This document shows positions 62,491 through 64,000 of a stretch of DNA of 64,000 nt, in pieces. Origin of the DNA: Gemmatimonadales bacterium (lineage in GTDB: Bacteria; Gemmatimonadota; Gemmatimonadetes; Gemmatimonadales; GWC2-71-9); assembly GCA_041615815.1 (NCBI GenBank), contig JBFJCP010000020.1, positions 1 to 64,000 on the forward strand. The letters are read 5' to 3'. The position numbers were made by a program, and so were the translations under genes. Within the stretch, counting starts at the first letter, position 1; each line of letters begins with the position of its first letter. The notes under the pieces are model-generated. The model saw only the letters and a program-made list of their open reading frames with translations. It had not been told where the DNA came from and did not search any database.

Positions 62491-63183
62491 ATGGCCTTCA
62501 ACGTGTACAGCGATCGCCCAGAAAAAACACTGCACGGCGCGCGAACTTTTCACGTGGCTAGCGCCGTGATGCGTCTAGCCGTGGCGGTAGAAGACGCGGC
62601 CATCGTCTCCGTCGAGTTCCAAACGAACCTCGTGGCGCCCCCGGAGACCCCCTTCGAGCGGCAGGTGGCTGCCGAGCTCGAGGAGTACTTTGGGGGACGG
62701 CGCACGGTATTCTCCGTTCCGGTACGGACGGAGGGATCGGCGTTCGAAGAGGCGGTGTGGGCGGCGATCGCCCAGATTCCCTACGGGGAGACCCGCACGT
62801 ACGGCGACATCGCCCGCCAGGTGGGGCGTCCCGCGGCCGCGCGGGCGGTGGGGACGGCCGCGGGACGCAACCCCACACCCATCGTCGTTCCCTGTCACCG
62901 CGTCGTCGGGGCGCGAGGCCGGCTGGGCGGCTTTGGCGGCGGCACCGCCCTCAAACGGTGGCTCCTGGGTCTCGAGACACGTCACCGACCGGTGGGGCGG
63001 AACAACGCGGGCGCATCGCTCTTTGGACTGCTCGCCCTGGTCGTGGGGTTGTCGCACGCCTGCACGGACCCCGAGCGTCCCGTGTTCGAGGCTGGTGACA
63101 CGAGCGGCGTGGACTCGCTGGTGGTGAGCCTCTCCACCGCAGTGCCACTGGGCATCACGCCCGAGGGCTTCCCTGCAGGCTGA
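62491..63183 (+). CDS. ogt: Methylated-DNA--protein-cysteine methyltransferase with C-terminal extension
   Basis: IPYGET.TYG, ARAVG, NP....PCHRV, K..LL..E. Confidence 0.9.
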   Translation: MAFNVYSDRPEKTLHGARTFHVASAVMRLAVAVEDAAIVSVEFQTNLVAPPETPFERQVAAELEEYFGGRRTVFSVPVRTEGSAFEEAVWAAIAQIPYGETRTYGDIARQVGRPAAARAVGTAAGRNPTPIVVPCHRVVGARGRLGGFGGGTALKRWLLGLETRHRPVGRNNAGASLFGLLALVVGLSHACTDPERPVFEAGDTSGVDSLVVSLSTAVPLGITPEGFPAG

Positions 63184-64000
63184 ACCGCTTCCATCGCCTG
63201 AGCCCGCCGTCCCCGAGTCCCCCACCCCGGTCCGGCTCACCCAGCTCACGGTGCGGGATTTCCGCAACCTGGGCTCGCTCGACGTGGAGATCCCTCCAGA
63301 AGGAGTCGTCATCATCGGCGACAATGGCCATGGCAAGACCAACTTCTTGGAAGCGATCTACTATTTGGTTCTCTTCAAGTCCTTTCGGGGAGCACGGGAC
63401 CGCGAGCTGGTGCGTTTCGAGCACGCTGGGTTTTTCGTGGCCGGGAACGCCGACGTGCGCATCACGGCCGGATACGAGGTCGCGGGACGCCGCAAGAAAG
63501 TCACGGTCGACGGACAGGAGATTCGCCGGCTGGCCGACGCGGTGGGCCGGCTCCCCACCGTCGTCTTCTCGCCGGCCGACCGGGAGATTATCGCCGCCGG
63601 TCCCGCCACCCGCCGGCGATACATGGATGTGCTGCTGGCGTTGAGCGCCCCACGGTACCTCACGCAGTTGGCGAAGATGCGGAGCGCGCTGAAGCAGCGG
63701 AACGCAGCCCTTCGGCGCGGCCGCTTGCAGGAGGCACAGGCCTTCGACGCTCCCTTCGCCGACACGGGCGCCGCCGTGGCTGAGGCGCGGCACCGCTGGG
63801 TCGCCACATGGAGGCCACGGTATGGTGAGCTGTCCAGGGCCCTGGGCGAGCGCGGCACGGCCCACATGAGTTACCACGCGCGCCATCACGTGGAACCCAC
63901 CGTGGAGGGGCTCCTGCGCGCGCTTGGCGAAACCCGCGATCGCGATTACCGGCGCGGGATGACTACGGTTGGCCCACACCGTGACGACCTCGTCCTCACC
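63173..64000 (+). CDS. recF: DNA replication/repair protein RecF (partial, start uncertain)
   Basis: Manual translation RLTQLTVRDFRNL..GDNGHGKTNFLEAIYYL..KSFR, RRRYMD, QRNAAL, GPHRDDL. Confidence 0.92.
   Translation, partial: MQAEPLPSPEPAVPESPTPVRLTQLTVRDFRNLGSLDVEIPPEGVVIIGDNGHGKTNFLEAIYYLVLFKSFRGARDRELVRFEHAGFFVAGNADVRITAGYEVAGRRKKVTVDGQEIRRLADAVGRLPTVVFSPADREIIAAGPATRRRYMDVLLALSAPRYLTQLAKMRSALKQRNAALRRGRLQEAQAFDAPFADTGAAVAEARHRWVATWRPRYGELSRALGERGTAHMSYHARHHVEPTVEGLLRALGETRDRDYRRGMTTVGPHRDDLVLT

Overview
GC-rich bacterial chromosomal window. The gene style suggests Gemmatimonadota or a relative, but this is inference. From left to right: the 5' end of tuf with its upstream Thr-Tyr-Gly-Thr tRNA cluster, cysS, a frameshifted MscS gene, and a small secreted 4-Cys peptide with a Yip1-like membrane gene. 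Next come an AI-2E transporter and pspA, preceded by six tandem paralogous single-TM/coiled-coil proteins sharing ER(L/V)DF(T/A)ER. Then uvrA, a cutA-TPR-macro-transglutaminase-ABC operon, two tandem paralogous lipoproteins each preceded by a CRP/FNR-like palindrome, ccmE(CxxxY)-ccmF-ccmH and glpK. A complete V/A-type ATPase operon is divergent from a group 1 membrane-bound [NiFe]-hydrogenase operon, which includes a HypA lacking its zinc finger, a hemerythrin-like insert and a MenA-like gene. After assorted metabolic and envelope genes lies a four-gene putative porin-multiheme cytochrome conduit with about 45 heme motifs, then ogt and a partial recF. The best candidates for undescribed systems are the porin-cytochrome conduit (with nearby H2 oxidation and heme maturation genes) and the six-member PspB-like array in front of pspA. 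No CRISPR array, rRNA or transposase was found.
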